A DNA stretch of 64,000 bases, taken from the NCBI GenBank assembly GCA_038145075.1, contig JAYQOY010000001.1, positions 63,464 to 127,463 on the forward strand, written 5' to 3'. The position numbers and the translations under genes are program-made. Every line of letters begins with the position of its first letter. Position 1 is the first letter of the stretch. This stretch comes from Schleiferiaceae bacterium (GTDB lineage: Bacteria > Bacteroidota > Bacteroidia > Flavobacteriales > Schleiferiaceae). This document shows positions 39,652 to 48,458 of the stretch, piece after piece. Below the pieces are notes generated by a model that had not been told where the DNA came from, did not search any database, and saw only the letters and a program-made list of their open reading frames with translations.

Positions 39652-40317
39652 ATGGCAACGAAAATTCGCCTCCAACGCCACGGCCGCAAGGGTCGTCCCA
39701 TCTTCACCATCGTAGCAGCTGATTCACGTGCAAAGCGTGACGGTAAGTACATTGAGAATTTGGGCCAGTACAATCCCAACACCAACCCCGCTACCATCGA
39801 TTTGGACTTCGATCGCGCTTTGGATTGGGTGATGAAAGGCGCTGAGCCCACCAACACGGCTTTGGCGATCTTGAAGTACAAAGGCGTTATGATGAAGAAG
39901 CACTTGCTTTTGGGTGTTCAGAAAGGTGCACTGACCGCTGAGCAAGCCGAAGAGCGCTTTGAGTCATGGGCTGCCGACAAAGCAGGCCGCATTGACGCTA
40001 AAATTGAAACTTTGAACAGCAACGCAAAAGCCGCTAAGGAAGAGCGTTTGAAGGCAGAAGCCGCTGTGAAAGAAGCTCGCGCTGCTGCGATCGCTGCTAA
40101 GAATGCTCCTGCCCCCGAGGTCGTGGAAGAGGCAGAAGAAGCGACGGCTGAAGCTGCAGAAGAAGTAGTAGCTGAAGAGGCTCCTGCGGCTGAAGCTGCA
40201 GAAGAAGTAATAGCAGAAGAAGCTCCCGCAGTTGAGGCTGCTGAAGAAGTAGTAGCTGAAGAAGCACCCGCTGCTGAGGCATCGGAAGAAGCTTCTGAAG
40301 AAGCGGCTGCTGAATAA
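39652..40317 (+). CDS. rpsP: 30S ribosomal protein S16 with long acidic Ala/Glu-rich C-terminal extension
   Basis: The N-terminus is MATKIRLQRHGRKGRPIFTIVAADSRAKRDGKYIENLGQYNP (S16 core). The tail of roughly 110 aa ends with the repeats AEEVVAEEAPAAEA. Confidence 0.92.
   Translation: MATKIRLQRHGRKGRPIFTIVAADSRAKRDGKYIENLGQYNPNTNPATIDLDFDRALDWVMKGAEPTNTALAILKYKGVMMKKHLLLGVQKGALTAEQAEERFESWAADKAGRIDAKIETLNSNAKAAKEERLKAEAAVKEARAAAIAAKNAPAPEVVEEAEEATAEAAEEVVAEEAPAAEAAEEVIAEEAPAVEAAEEVVAEEAPAAEASEEASEEAAAE
40153..40278 (+). repeat. three imperfect 42-nt (14-codon) tandem repeats inside the rpsP tail
   Basis: The units start at 40153, 40195 and 40237. They encode AAEEVVAEEAPAAE, AAEEVIAEEAPAVE and AAEEVVAEEAPAAE. 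Confidence 0.85.
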
Positions 40318-40323
40318 TTTCCC

Positions 40324-40848
40324 ATGGAGGGTTATTTCCAGCTAGGATACCTCCGGAAAAAGCACGGATACAAAGGAGAAGTCATTCTCCACGTCGAATC
40401 AGATCATCCAGCACGCTATGCGTCGCTGGATGTTCTTTTTTTTGAGGAAGCTGGCCAGCCTATCCCCTACTTTATTTCGTCCATTCGAACCCACGTGACG
40501 TCGGAGTTCATCCTGCGCTTGGAAGATGCGGATGACGAAGCCAGCGTTCAAGCCCTAGTGGGAAAAGCGGTTTACCTCCCCGAGGAAGCCTTGCCCGAAC
40601 TGGACGAAGACCAGTACTACTACCACGAAATCATTGGTTTTGACGTCAAAGACGCCGCCGTTTCCGAGGTCATGACCTTGGAGGACGTCATAGAGCGCCC
40701 TGGCCAACCCTTGCTGGTTCTGAGCCATCCCGATCGGGAAAATCCCATTTACATCCCATTGGTCGACGAATTCGTCGTTTCCATGGATAAAAAAGTCAAG
40801 TGCTTAACCTTGGCAGCTCCTGCTGAGCTCTATTTCCTGGGGGAATAA
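40324..40848 (+). CDS. rimM: ribosome maturation factor RimM
   Basis: 174 aa directly downstream of rpsP (conserved synteny). It has an N-terminal RimM beta-barrel (LGYLRKKHGYKGEV) and a PRC barrel. Confidence 0.8.
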   Translation: MEGYFQLGYLRKKHGYKGEVILHVESDHPARYASLDVLFFEEAGQPIPYFISSIRTHVTSEFILRLEDADDEASVQALVGKAVYLPEEALPELDEDQYYYHEIIGFDVKDAAVSEVMTLEDVIERPGQPLLVLSHPDRENPIYIPLVDEFVVSMDKKVKCLTLAAPAELYFLGE

Positions 40849-40905
40849 AGCGTGGCTTTTTACGGAGGCGGACCTTTTCCGCTGCAGGAAAGCGCGGGTG
40901 CTCTT

Positions 40906-42311
40906 TTAGCTCTCCCGGTTCACGCGCTCGTCAAAGCGAATGCCCCAGTCGGCCAATTCTTTCAAAATGGGTCCGTACACCTCGTTTTTCAAGGGCATAA
41001 GCACGCCTCGGTCCTGCACCAGGCCTTTGGCGACCAAACGTGTCGCCATCGCCACTGGAAGCCCCACCGTAAAGGCCATAGCCGTGTTCTGGGCCGTTTT
41101 GCCCTTGCAGACCATGGAGGACTCGAGGCGGTAGGTTTCCCCCTCTAGGCGGTAAAAGATGCGGTGCCACATTACTAGCATATCGCGGTCTTCTTCGGTC
41201 ATGGTCCATTTCTTTTCCAAAATGGCCTGTAAGATTTGGGCCGGGCTGCCCTTTTGCAGACCCACAGGCTCATCTGTGAAAAGACCGAGCCATTCAAAGA
41301 GCTCCATGAGCTCGGAGTCCTGAGGAATCTGCAGGTAATGCATGAGCTTGAGCTCCACACTATCCGAAGCATGGTAGGCCAAGAAACTGTTCAAAAAGCT
41401 GCGATGCGTCATCGAAGCAACGCCTTCCATCTGGTAGCTGTCATCGGTAGCACCTAATTGCACAAAGACATCCCAGGCGCGGCAAAAACCCGGTCTGCGG
41501 AGCGTCCCTCGGTACATAGTGGGAATTCCGTCCAGCCCGTACGCAGAAATGTACTTTAAGGAATCGCGGTTGGCATAGCCTTCAAAGCGTCCGTATCCGG
41601 GAATGGTCATGAACTCAGTGCGTCGGAAGAGCTTGTGGTAGGGAATAAACTTGTAGAGACCCTCTTGGATGAACTTCACCGCACCTCCAGCGCCAGCAAG
41701 GACCACGTTTCGCGGGTTCCAGGTAAACTTATACTGCCACGGATTGCTGGGGCTTTCAGGAGCCAAAATGCCCCCACAAAAGCTCTCGTAGGAGGTGATC
41801 TCCGCCCCTTTTGCGCGCAGTTTCTCCAAAATTTCCATGGTGGACATGTGGTCAATGCCAGGATCCACCCCACATTCGTTCAGGAAGACCAGGTTTTTGG
41901 CTTTCGCTTCTTCGTGCAGTGCCGCCATTTCAGGGCTCACATAGCTCGCGGTCACCAAGTGCTTTTCATACGTCAGACAAGCCTTGGCCACTTCGATGTG
42001 CATGAAGGCTGGCAGCATACTCACCACGACATCGGCCTGCTGAATCCAGTGCGCTCGGGTGCTTGGATCGCTTAAGTCTGCTCCTTGCGCCTGAATGTTC
42101 GCATAGGGCGCGCATTTGGCATTTAATGCCTTTTCGTCTTGGTCCAAAACAGTGACCGCCCAGCCATTGGCATCCTCATGGGTAGCCAAGTAATCAATCA
42201 TGGCCGATGTACTTTTCCCAGCGCCAAAAACGACAATACGCTGGAACTTTTCCCAGCGCCAAAAACGACAATACGCTGGATGAAATCAGTGGGAGTGCTG
42301 GAGGATATCAC
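40906..42311 (-). pseudogene. saccharopine dehydrogenase family oxidoreductase, N-terminus disrupted by a 35-bp tandem duplication
   Basis: The 431-aa ORF (40906..42201) starts at MIDYL, after the Rossmann motif. The motif RIVVFGAGKS is encoded twice upstream (42211-42280). Reading from a GTG at 42311 gives V-ISSSTPTDFIQRIVVFGAGKS, then a frameshift and a stop at 42198-42200. Removing one copy restores a roughly 456-codon ORF. Confidence 0.75.
42211..42280. repeat. perfect 35-bp x2 head-to-tail tandem duplication
   Basis: Positions 42211-42245 equal 42246-42280 (acttttcccagcgccaaaaacgacaatacgctgga). There is no spacer and no flanking microhomology. Confidence 0.95.
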
Positions 42312-42367
42312 GTCAAGGGTGTTGAAAAGTGATTGTTTTCGGGGAATTTATAGGACGAAGGTAGGGC

Positions 42368-42375
42368 TACATTTG
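42368..42375 (+). promoter_or_regulatory. candidate -7 promoter box TACATTTG upstream of pckA
   Basis: Matches TAnnTTTG, 24 nt upstream of the ATG at 42400. Confidence 0.5.
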
Positions 42376-42399
42376 TCTAACCCTTGATTGAAATTCGTT

Positions 42400-43998
42400 A
42401 TGACTACAACTCCCACAGGAGCAGCTCCATCCCTGTCGTGGATTGCTGATCTTGGCTTGCGTCACGCTTCAGCCGTGTTCCAAGCAGATCCTGATTTCCT
42501 CACGCAGGAAACACTTCGTTTAAACCGAGGAACGCTCACCCACACCGGGGTACTGAGCATTGAAACGGGTACATTCACCGGCCGATCTCCGGAAGATCGA
42601 TTCATTGTGGACGATGCCCTTACCCACGATAAAGTCTGGTGGGGCAGCATCAACAAACCGTTTGACGAAGCCGCCTATTTTCGCCTAAAAGCGAAAGTAC
42701 TCGCCTACCTCGACGGTAAGAAGCTCTACGTGCGCGAGGCCCGTGCAGGAGCACTGGAATCCGTATCCATCGGCATTTGCATAGTCAACGAGTACCCCGA
42801 GCACAACCTCTTTGCGTACAACATGTTCCTGGACCCATCTGAGGATGTTGCGCCCGAGTGGACCATCCTGCATGCGCCGGATTTCCATGCAGACCCATCT
42901 ACGGACGGTACACGCCAGAGCAATTTTGCCATCCTTTCGTTTAGCGATAAAACCATCTTAATCGGCGGCACGGGCTATACCGGGGAAATTAAAAAGGGCA
43001 TTTTCTCGGCCTTAAACTTCCTGCTTCCTACGGAGTCGAATACTTTTCCCATGCATTGCTCGGCCAACTTGGGCCGCGGGGGCGACACCGCTCTGTTCTT
43101 TGGCTTGTCGGGCACCGGCAAGACCACGCTATCGGCCGACCCTAACCGCGCGCTAATTGGCGACGACGAGCACGGCTGGACCGCAGAAGGCGAAGTTTTC
43201 AATTTTGAGGGCGGTTGCTACGCCAAGGTCATTGACCTTTCGGAGGAAAAGGAGCCGGATATCTGGCGTGCGATTCGCCCCGGGGCTATTTTGGAGAATA
43301 TCGTCATGAACGAGGCGGGCGTCCCCGACTACACCGATAGCCGAATCACAGAGAACACCCGCGTCTCCTATCCTATTGAGCACATTGACCATGTCGCAGC
43401 CGGATTGCGTGGAAAGAATCCCAAGAACATTTTTTTCTTGACCTGCGATGCCTATGGCGTCCTCCCCCCTATGTCCAAGCTTGGACCCGAGCAGGCCGCC
43501 TACCACTTTATTTCGGGCTACACCGCCAAAGTGGCTGGTACCGAAGCCGGTGTCACAGAACCCAAGGCTGTTTTTTCAGCCTGCTTTGGGGCTCCCTTCA
43601 TGCCATTGCATCCCTCTGACTATGCAGACATGCTCATGGACAAAATGCGCTCAGGCGACTTGAACGTTTGGCTCGTAAATACCGGCTGGGTGGGCGGCGG
43701 CTACGGTGTCGGTGAACGCATCAAGCTGCGTTACACACGCGCCATGATTACGGCTGCCTTGGAAGGACATCTCGAGCACTTCGTCGAGGATACCCGCTTT
43801 GGCTTTCACTATGCCACCGAATGTCCCGGGGTACCTGCCGAAGTCTTGAAGGCGAAAGGGCAATGGTCGGACGCCGCAGCCTATGAGGTAGCCGCAGACG
43901 AACTTGCCCGCCGTTTCCGCGAAAACTTCAAGAAGTTTGAATCCGGCGCCTCTCCAGCCATCTTAGCAGGAGGCCCTAAGGCCCTTCAAACGGCCTAA
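42400..43998 (+). CDS. pckA: phosphoenolpyruvate carboxykinase (ATP)
   Basis: About 532 aa with the kinase-1a motif FFGLSGTGKTTLSADPNR. It also has IGDDEHGW and NTGWVGGGYGVG. I prefer ATG 42400 over the TTG at 42388. Confidence 0.92.
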   Translation: MTTTPTGAAPSLSWIADLGLRHASAVFQADPDFLTQETLRLNRGTLTHTGVLSIETGTFTGRSPEDRFIVDDALTHDKVWWGSINKPFDEAAYFRLKAKVLAYLDGKKLYVREARAGALESVSIGICIVNEYPEHNLFAYNMFLDPSEDVAPEWTILHAPDFHADPSTDGTRQSNFAILSFSDKTILIGGTGYTGEIKKGIFSALNFLLPTESNTFPMHCSANLGRGGDTALFFGLSGTGKTTLSADPNRALIGDDEHGWTAEGEVFNFEGGCYAKVIDLSEEKEPDIWRAIRPGAILENIVMNEAGVPDYTDSRITENTRVSYPIEHIDHVAAGLRGKNPKNIFFLTCDAYGVLPPMSKLGPEQAAYHFISGYTAKVAGTEAGVTEPKAVFSACFGAPFMPLHPSDYADMLMDKMRSGDLNVWLVNTGWVGGGYGVGERIKLRYTRAMITAALEGHLEHFVEDTRFGFHYATECPGVPAEVLKAKGQWSDAAAYEVAADELARRFRENFKKFESGASPAILAGGPKALQTA

Positions 43999-44020
43999 AA
44001 GCAGCCCTCCTTCGCGGAGC

Positions 44021-45373
44021 TTACAACATGTCGTTGGCGAGATTGGCGAGCTCTGAACGCTCGCCTTTCTCCAATGTCACATGCGCATACAAGGGCTGCC
44101 CCTTCAGGCGGTCCACTAGGTAGGACAATCCATTCGATTGCTCGTCCAAGTAGGGCGTGTCAATCTGATGCACATCTCCGGTGAAGATGAATTTGGAGTT
44201 TTCGCCGGCTCGCGTAATAATCGTCTTGACTTCGTGGGGCGTGAGGTTCTGAGCTTCGTCCACAATAAAGATGACATTAGACAAGGAGCGACCCCGAATG
44301 TAGGCCAGTGGCGTCACCAATATTTTCTCGTTGGCCACCATCTCATCAATCTGCTTGAAGTTGCGATCGCGCTCGCCAAACTGGTTCTTGATGAACTTCA
44401 AGTTGTCCCAAAGGGGTTGCATGTAGGGATTGATTTTTTGCTCGGCATCGCCGGGCAAAAATCCGATGTCGCGGTTGCTCAAGGGGACGATGGGACGCGC
44501 CAGGTAGATCTGCTTGAAGTCGCGGCGCTGTTCTAGCGAGCCCGCTAGGGCGAGCAGGGTTTTGCCCGTGCCAGCCACCCCCGTCAATGTGACCAACTTA
44601 ATGTCCGGGTGCATGATGGCGTGGAGGGCGAAGGTCTGTTCGCTGTTCCTAGGCTTGATGCCGTAGTAGCTGGACTTCTCCACCAGTTCCATGGTTTCGG
44701 ACTTCCCATGGTAGAATCCAAGCGCCGAAGACTTCGCCGTTTTTAGAATGTAAAAGTGATTGGCCTTCAGGCCAAGCTTTTGATTCGCTTTCACGGAGGA
44801 ATCCAGGTGTACAGCCTTCTTTTCGTACAAAGTTTGGAGCGCTTTAGCCGGGAAAGCAGGAATCTCAGAGCGCCCCGTGAAGCCCGCATCCGTCTCCTTC
44901 ACCTTGCCCGTTAGGTAATCCTCTGCCTGGACATTGAGGGCTTTGGCCTTAAGCCTAAGATTGATGTCTTTGGTGACCAGTATAACCGGACGGTCTGGCT
45001 CTTCTTGCTGAAGAAACAGAGCTGCGTTGATGATTTTATGGTCGTTCTTCCCTTTGCCATAGACCTCTAAGGCATCAACATTAAGACTGGGCGTTGCCAT
45101 AATGACCCTAAACTTGCCACGCTTGCCGCCATTGAGGTCAATCCATTCCGTCAAGGGTTTTTCGGCCGCTTTTTTGTCCAACATTCGGATAAATTCGCGC
45201 GCTTCAAAATTCTTGGTATCGCTGCCCTTTTTAAACTCGTCCAATTCCTCCAGAACGGGAATGGGAATAGCAACATCGTGCTCTTCAAAGTTCATTATGG
45301 CGTTGTGATCGTATAAAATCACCGAAGTGTCAAGCACAAAAATCTTACGCGGGGACTTAGCGGCTCTAGGCAT
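44021..45373 (-). CDS. PIN-domain / PhoH-like ATPase fusion protein (PhoH2 / YlaK-like)
   Basis: 450 aa with an N-terminal PIN (IFVLDTSVILYD ... VTKDINLR). The C-terminal PhoH ATPase has Walker A TGVAGTGKTLLALA and Walker B IFIVDEAQN. Confidence 0.85.
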   Translation of the reverse strand: MPRAAKSPRKIFVLDTSVILYDHNAIMNFEEHDVAIPIPVLEELDEFKKGSDTKNFEAREFIRMLDKKAAEKPLTEWIDLNGGKRGKFRVIMATPSLNVDALEVYGKGKNDHKIINAALFLQQEEPDRPVILVTKDINLRLKAKALNVQAEDYLTGKVKETDAGFTGRSEIPAFPAKALQTLYEKKAVHLDSSVKANQKLGLKANHFYILKTAKSSALGFYHGKSETMELVEKSSYYGIKPRNSEQTFALHAIMHPDIKLVTLTGVAGTGKTLLALAGSLEQRRDFKQIYLARPIVPLSNRDIGFLPGDAEQKINPYMQPLWDNLKFIKNQFGERDRNFKQIDEMVANEKILVTPLAYIRGRSLSNVIFIVDEAQNLTPHEVKTIITRAGENSKFIFTGDVHQIDTPYLDEQSNGLSYLVDRLKGQPLYAHVTLEKGERSELANLANDML

Positions 45374-45496
45374 GGTATGGAAGGAAGTTTAGGGTTAAAT
45401 TAGGCGGAAGAATTCAGAATTGCCCATCGCATTGAAAGATGTTTTGAACAATTCAACAAGGATAACCTAGACCTAACCTTAGCGTTGCTTACCTCC

Positions 45497-46138
45497 ATGG
45501 CCCAACCTGATACCCGAAGGATTCAAGCACATTTTGGCTTTCAAGACGAGGCGCTCCTCGCCGACATCCTCAAGCATGGCCGATTCTGCACCTTTCACGC
45601 CGGGGATTTGATTGCGGAACCTGGTATGCCTGTAGACTTTGTTCCGCTGATCCTCAAGGGAAATTTGCGCGTTATGCGCCGCGACGACGACAACGACCGC
45701 GAGCTCTTCTTGTACTTCTTGACGGCCGGTTCCACTTGTTCGAGTACAATCAACTGCTGTATGACGGGCAAGCGCGTTACTGTGGAAGTCGTGGTGGAAG
45801 AAGAAACCGATATGGTTTGCATTCCCAATGAATATGCCTCTTCGTGGATCAAGGTGCATCCGGAGTGGCTAGAATTTGTGCTACGCAGTTACCAATTGCG
45901 CTTTGAAGAGGCCTTGCACGCCCTGGACGAGGTGGCCTTCCGCCAGTTGGATGAGCGCCTTTGGAACTTCCTGCAGGAGAAAGCCCGCTTAACCGATGGG
46001 AACCTTGTAGAGATGAGCCATTCCGAACTTGCTCAGGCCCTGCATTCCTCGAGAGAGGTCGTATCGCGTTTGTTGAAAAAGCTGGAATCTGAAAATCGGC
46101 TGGAATTAGGTCGCAACCGCATCCAAATCCTGGGCTAA
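45497..46138 (+). CDS. Crp/Fnr family transcriptional regulator
   Basis: It has a cNMP-binding beta-barrel region and a C-terminal HTH (MSHSELAQALHSSREVVSRLLKKLESENRLELGRNRIQIL). I prefer ATG 45497 over the TTG at 45485. Confidence 0.8.
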   Translation: MAQPDTRRIQAHFGFQDEALLADILKHGRFCTFHAGDLIAEPGMPVDFVPLILKGNLRVMRRDDDNDRELFLYFLTAGSTCSSTINCCMTGKRVTVEVVVEEETDMVCIPNEYASSWIKVHPEWLEFVLRSYQLRFEEALHALDEVAFRQLDERLWNFLQEKARLTDGNLVEMSHSELAQALHSSREVVSRLLKKLESENRLELGRNRIQILG

Positions 46139-46157
46139 GGCGCCCTATTTTTGTCGC

Positions 46158-46673
46158 ATGATTCGCAAATACATCCGCATGGCCCTCGCAGTGGCCGTTT
46201 TTGGTACCGCTATTTGGCAATTCACCGACGGTGAGATTGGAAATGGCATCTTCTTGATTTTGCTTTCGGGCATTCCCTTGCTCTTCCACTTCCGCAACGA
46301 GCGTATTTTGCTCGCCCTGTGGTACGTGCGCAAACAAGACTTTGAAAAAGCGAGTCAACAGTTGGCGGCCATCGGCCACCCCGAGAAGACGCTCATCAAG
46401 GGCCAACTCGCCTACTACTACTTCCTTCAGGGCTTGATGACGTCCCAGACCAACCTCTCCAAGAGCGAAACCTGGATGAAAAAAGCCTTGGCTACCGGCC
46501 TGCGCCTCAAGCAAGACCGCGCTTTGGCGAAGATGCAATTGGCGGCCATGGCGATGACCAAGCGCAAGAAGAAGGAAGCCCAAGCGCTTTTGACAGAAGC
46601 AAAAAAGCTGGACGACAAGGGTGTCCTTGCCGACCAGCTTAAGATGCTCAAACAGCAGTTGAGCCGGATTTAA
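46158..46673 (+). CDS. hypothetical membrane protein with TPR-like helical C-terminal region
   Basis: 171 aa with two N-terminal TM helices, then helical repeats (QLAYYYFLQGLM ..., KKEAQALLTEAKKLD). It starts 20 nt downstream of the Crp/Fnr gene. I recognised no family. Confidence 0.55.
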   Translation: MIRKYIRMALAVAVFGTAIWQFTDGEIGNGIFLILLSGIPLLFHFRNERILLALWYVRKQDFEKASQQLAAIGHPEKTLIKGQLAYYYFLQGLMTSQTNLSKSETWMKKALATGLRLKQDRALAKMQLAAMAMTKRKKKEAQALLTEAKKLDDKGVLADQLKMLKQQLSRI

Positions 46674-46679
46674 ACCGAC

Positions 46680-46991
46680 TTATTTCTTCGCCACTTCCGG
46701 ATTGATGGTAGCCGTCATGTCCTTGCTAATGGCAGCGCGCTCAAAACGCAGGCGGCAGTTCTCGCATTCGAGCAAAACCGTCTTATCATCCACTTCCAAG
46801 ATCTTTCCGTGAATGCCGGAGGTGGTCACCACCTTCATGCCCTTTACTAGCGCCGCACGAAACTTGTTTTCTTCCTTTTGCTTCTTCATCTGTGGGCGGA
46901 TAAAGAAGAAGTACATCACCGCTACAATAGCGATTAGTGGGAGGAAGCTGGCCAAACCACCGGGTTCAGCTTGAAGGAAAAATGAGGTCAT
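46680..46991 (-). CDS. yajC: preprotein translocase subunit YajC
   Basis: 103 aa with a single TM, then FFFIRPQMKKQKE ... LVKGMKVVTTSGIHGKILEVDDKTVLLE. Confidence 0.88.
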   Translation of the reverse strand: MTSFFLQAEPGGLASFLPLIAIVAVMYFFFIRPQMKKQKEENKFRAALVKGMKVVTTSGIHGKILEVDDKTVLLECENCRLRFERAAISKDMTATINPEVAKK

Positions 46992-46992
46992 A

Positions 46993-47433
46993 TTATTGAG
47001 CTTTGGGAGTTACTTGTGCAGTGATGGTCAAGACTTTCGTGTTAGGCACGGTGTTGGCCGAAAGCGTAACGGTCTTGGTTTGGTTACCGGGCTTTCCTTG
47101 GCTGTTAAAGCGAACCGTGATGGTTCCCTCCTCGCCTGGCGCGATAGGATCGTTGGAGTATTCGGGCACCGTACACCCGCATGAACCTTGAGCGGAAGAG
47201 ATGATCAAGGGCACCTCGCCTTCATTGGTGAATTTAAATTCTGTCGTACCCACCTCGCCTTCGTTCATGGCGCCAAAGTCGTGGCTTTCCTTTTCAAAGT
47301 TGAAGACGGGCAAAGATGCTGAGGTTGCGGCTTCAATGGCCATGCGCTCCTCTTCGCTCTTGATTTTGGACGATGCATCCGAGCACGCGCTCAGTGCAGC
47401 TAGGCCAAGGGCTAATGCAAAGTATTTAGTCAT
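46993..47433 (-). CDS. DUF1573 domain lipoprotein
   Basis: 146 aa with a lipobox (LAALSAC). FNFEKESHDFGAMNEGEVGTTEFKFTNEGEVPLIISSAQGSCGCTVPEY is the DUF1573 signature. It sits in the conserved nusB-DUF1573-yajC order. Confidence 0.8.
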   Translation of the reverse strand: MTKYFALALGLAALSACSDASSKIKSEEERMAIEAATSASLPVFNFEKESHDFGAMNEGEVGTTEFKFTNEGEVPLIISSAQGSCGCTVPEYSNDPIAPGEEGTITVRFNSQGKPGNQTKTVTLSANTVPNTKVLTITAQVTPKAQ

Positions 47434-47462
47434 AGGATTCGTTGAATTTGCGGTTGAAATTA

Positions 47463-48401
47463 CTACTCAATGAGGCCTCTTCCCACTTTTTGGATGCGGC
47501 CTTCGGTTTTTAATTCCGCAGCCAAGGCGTCCAGGAGACCGTTGATGAAGCTGGGGCTCTTTTCCGAACCGTATTGCTTCGCCAATTCAATGGCTTCGTT
47601 GATGGACACCTTCACCGGCACTTCCTGGAAATCGACCATTTCTGTCAAGGCCATATCCAGCAAGCACCGCTCTACGGGAGCCAAACGGTCGTATTCCCAT
47701 TGGTTGGCCTTGGTTTCAATGCGCTTTACCCAGTCCGGGTGCTGGCGTACACTTTTCAAGAAGAGCGCTGGACCAAAGGCCTCGTCCGAATCATCCTTGA
47801 AGAGCTTGACCAACAACGATTGGCCACGCTTGGCATTTTGCAGGGTTTGAACGGCCATCATTTGGGCAGCATCTAGGTCGTCGGCCCAGTGCATGCTTAT
47901 TTCTTCGTAATGGCTGTGGATATTTTCGTTGTTGGCCATGGCCTCGCGGTAGAAACGCTTCAACCAGACCACCGCTGCATGCTCCTCCAAGTCGCTGGCT
48001 TCATCCATCCACCCGGATTGAATTTCGGCGTTCCAAAATTCAAAAAACGCGGTACGAAGAAGATCTACACGATCGCCCCAGAAAATTTTGTGCTGCTCCC
48101 AGGCAGCCACTACCCCAGTATCATGAACCAAAGCTTGCATGAAAGGCATGTGGAGCAAAGCTTCGATGCGCGTAATTCGGGCCGCTGTAGGGAATTGCTT
48201 GTTCTTTTCAATCTCTAAACGCTCCTCCAAAAAGCGGTGAAACTGCCAAAACATGCGCAGTTCAAAGAGGTACAAAATGTAAATGGAGGAAATGCTTTCG
48301 TTTAACGCCTTGAGGCAGCGACTACTGTCTTCGGATTCCCCCTGGTAAAAACCGAAGAGGGCTTGCATCACTTTAATTCGGATGTGGCGTCGGGTAAGCA
48401 T
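47463..48401 (-). CDS. nusB: transcription antitermination factor NusB (long Bacteroidota form)
   Basis: 312 aa. The N-terminus is MLTRRHIRIKVMQALF. The C-terminal NusB fold includes INEAIELAKQYGSEKSPSFINGLLDAL. Confidence 0.85.
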   Translation of the reverse strand: MLTRRHIRIKVMQALFGFYQGESEDSSRCLKALNESISSIYILYLFELRMFWQFHRFLEERLEIEKNKQFPTAARITRIEALLHMPFMQALVHDTGVVAAWEQHKIFWGDRVDLLRTAFFEFWNAEIQSGWMDEASDLEEHAAVVWLKRFYREAMANNENIHSHYEEISMHWADDLDAAQMMAVQTLQNAKRGQSLLVKLFKDDSDEAFGPALFLKSVRQHPDWVKRIETKANQWEYDRLAPVERCLLDMALTEMVDFQEVPVKVSINEAIELAKQYGSEKSPSFINGLLDALAAELKTEGRIQKVGRGLIE

Positions 48402-48418
48402 AGAACGGGTTTGAGCGG

Positions 48419-48426
48419 CAAAAATA
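48419..48426 (-). promoter_or_regulatory. candidate -7 promoter box TATTTTTG for nusB
   Basis: The reverse complement of caaaaata matches TAnnTTTG, 17 nt upstream of the nusB ATG at 48401. Confidence 0.5.
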
Positions 48427-48458
48427 CAGCGGGTTGCCGGATAATCACCGCTTTGCGT

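Noticed and set aside
40097-40325. A repetitive GAA/GCT-rich tract, considered as a possible microsatellite, CRISPR-like array or non-coding repeat.
   Set aside because: It is in frame with rpsP and encodes the Ala/Glu tail. The repeats are 42 nt with no spacers, and the opposite-strand ORFs (39918-40325, 40097-40282) are mirror artefacts.
40849-40905. A possible bidirectional terminator between rimM and the saccharopine-dehydrogenase-like gene (tttcc-gctgca-ggaaa). A similar short stem occurs at 43999-44020 between pckA and the PhoH-like gene (ctcc-ttcgc-ggag).
   Set aside because: The stems are only 4-5 bp, AT/GC mixed, and have no flanking T or A runs. They are indistinguishable from chance.
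42211-42280. The two tandem duplications (here and 53913-54052), considered as target-site duplications, MITEs or IS remnants.
   Set aside because: The copies are directly adjacent with nothing between them, and there are no terminal inverted repeats. The sequences are simply the local coding sequence repeated. They are reported as duplications, not mobile elements.
45444-45456. The inverted repeat TTGAA-caa-TTCAA upstream of the Crp/Fnr-family gene, considered as an FNR/CRP-type operator.
   Set aside because: The half-sites are only 5 bp. The spacing is N3 rather than the N4 (FNR) or N6 (CRP) of the known consensus sites, and the surrounding bases do not extend the symmetry. That is too weak to call without comparative data.
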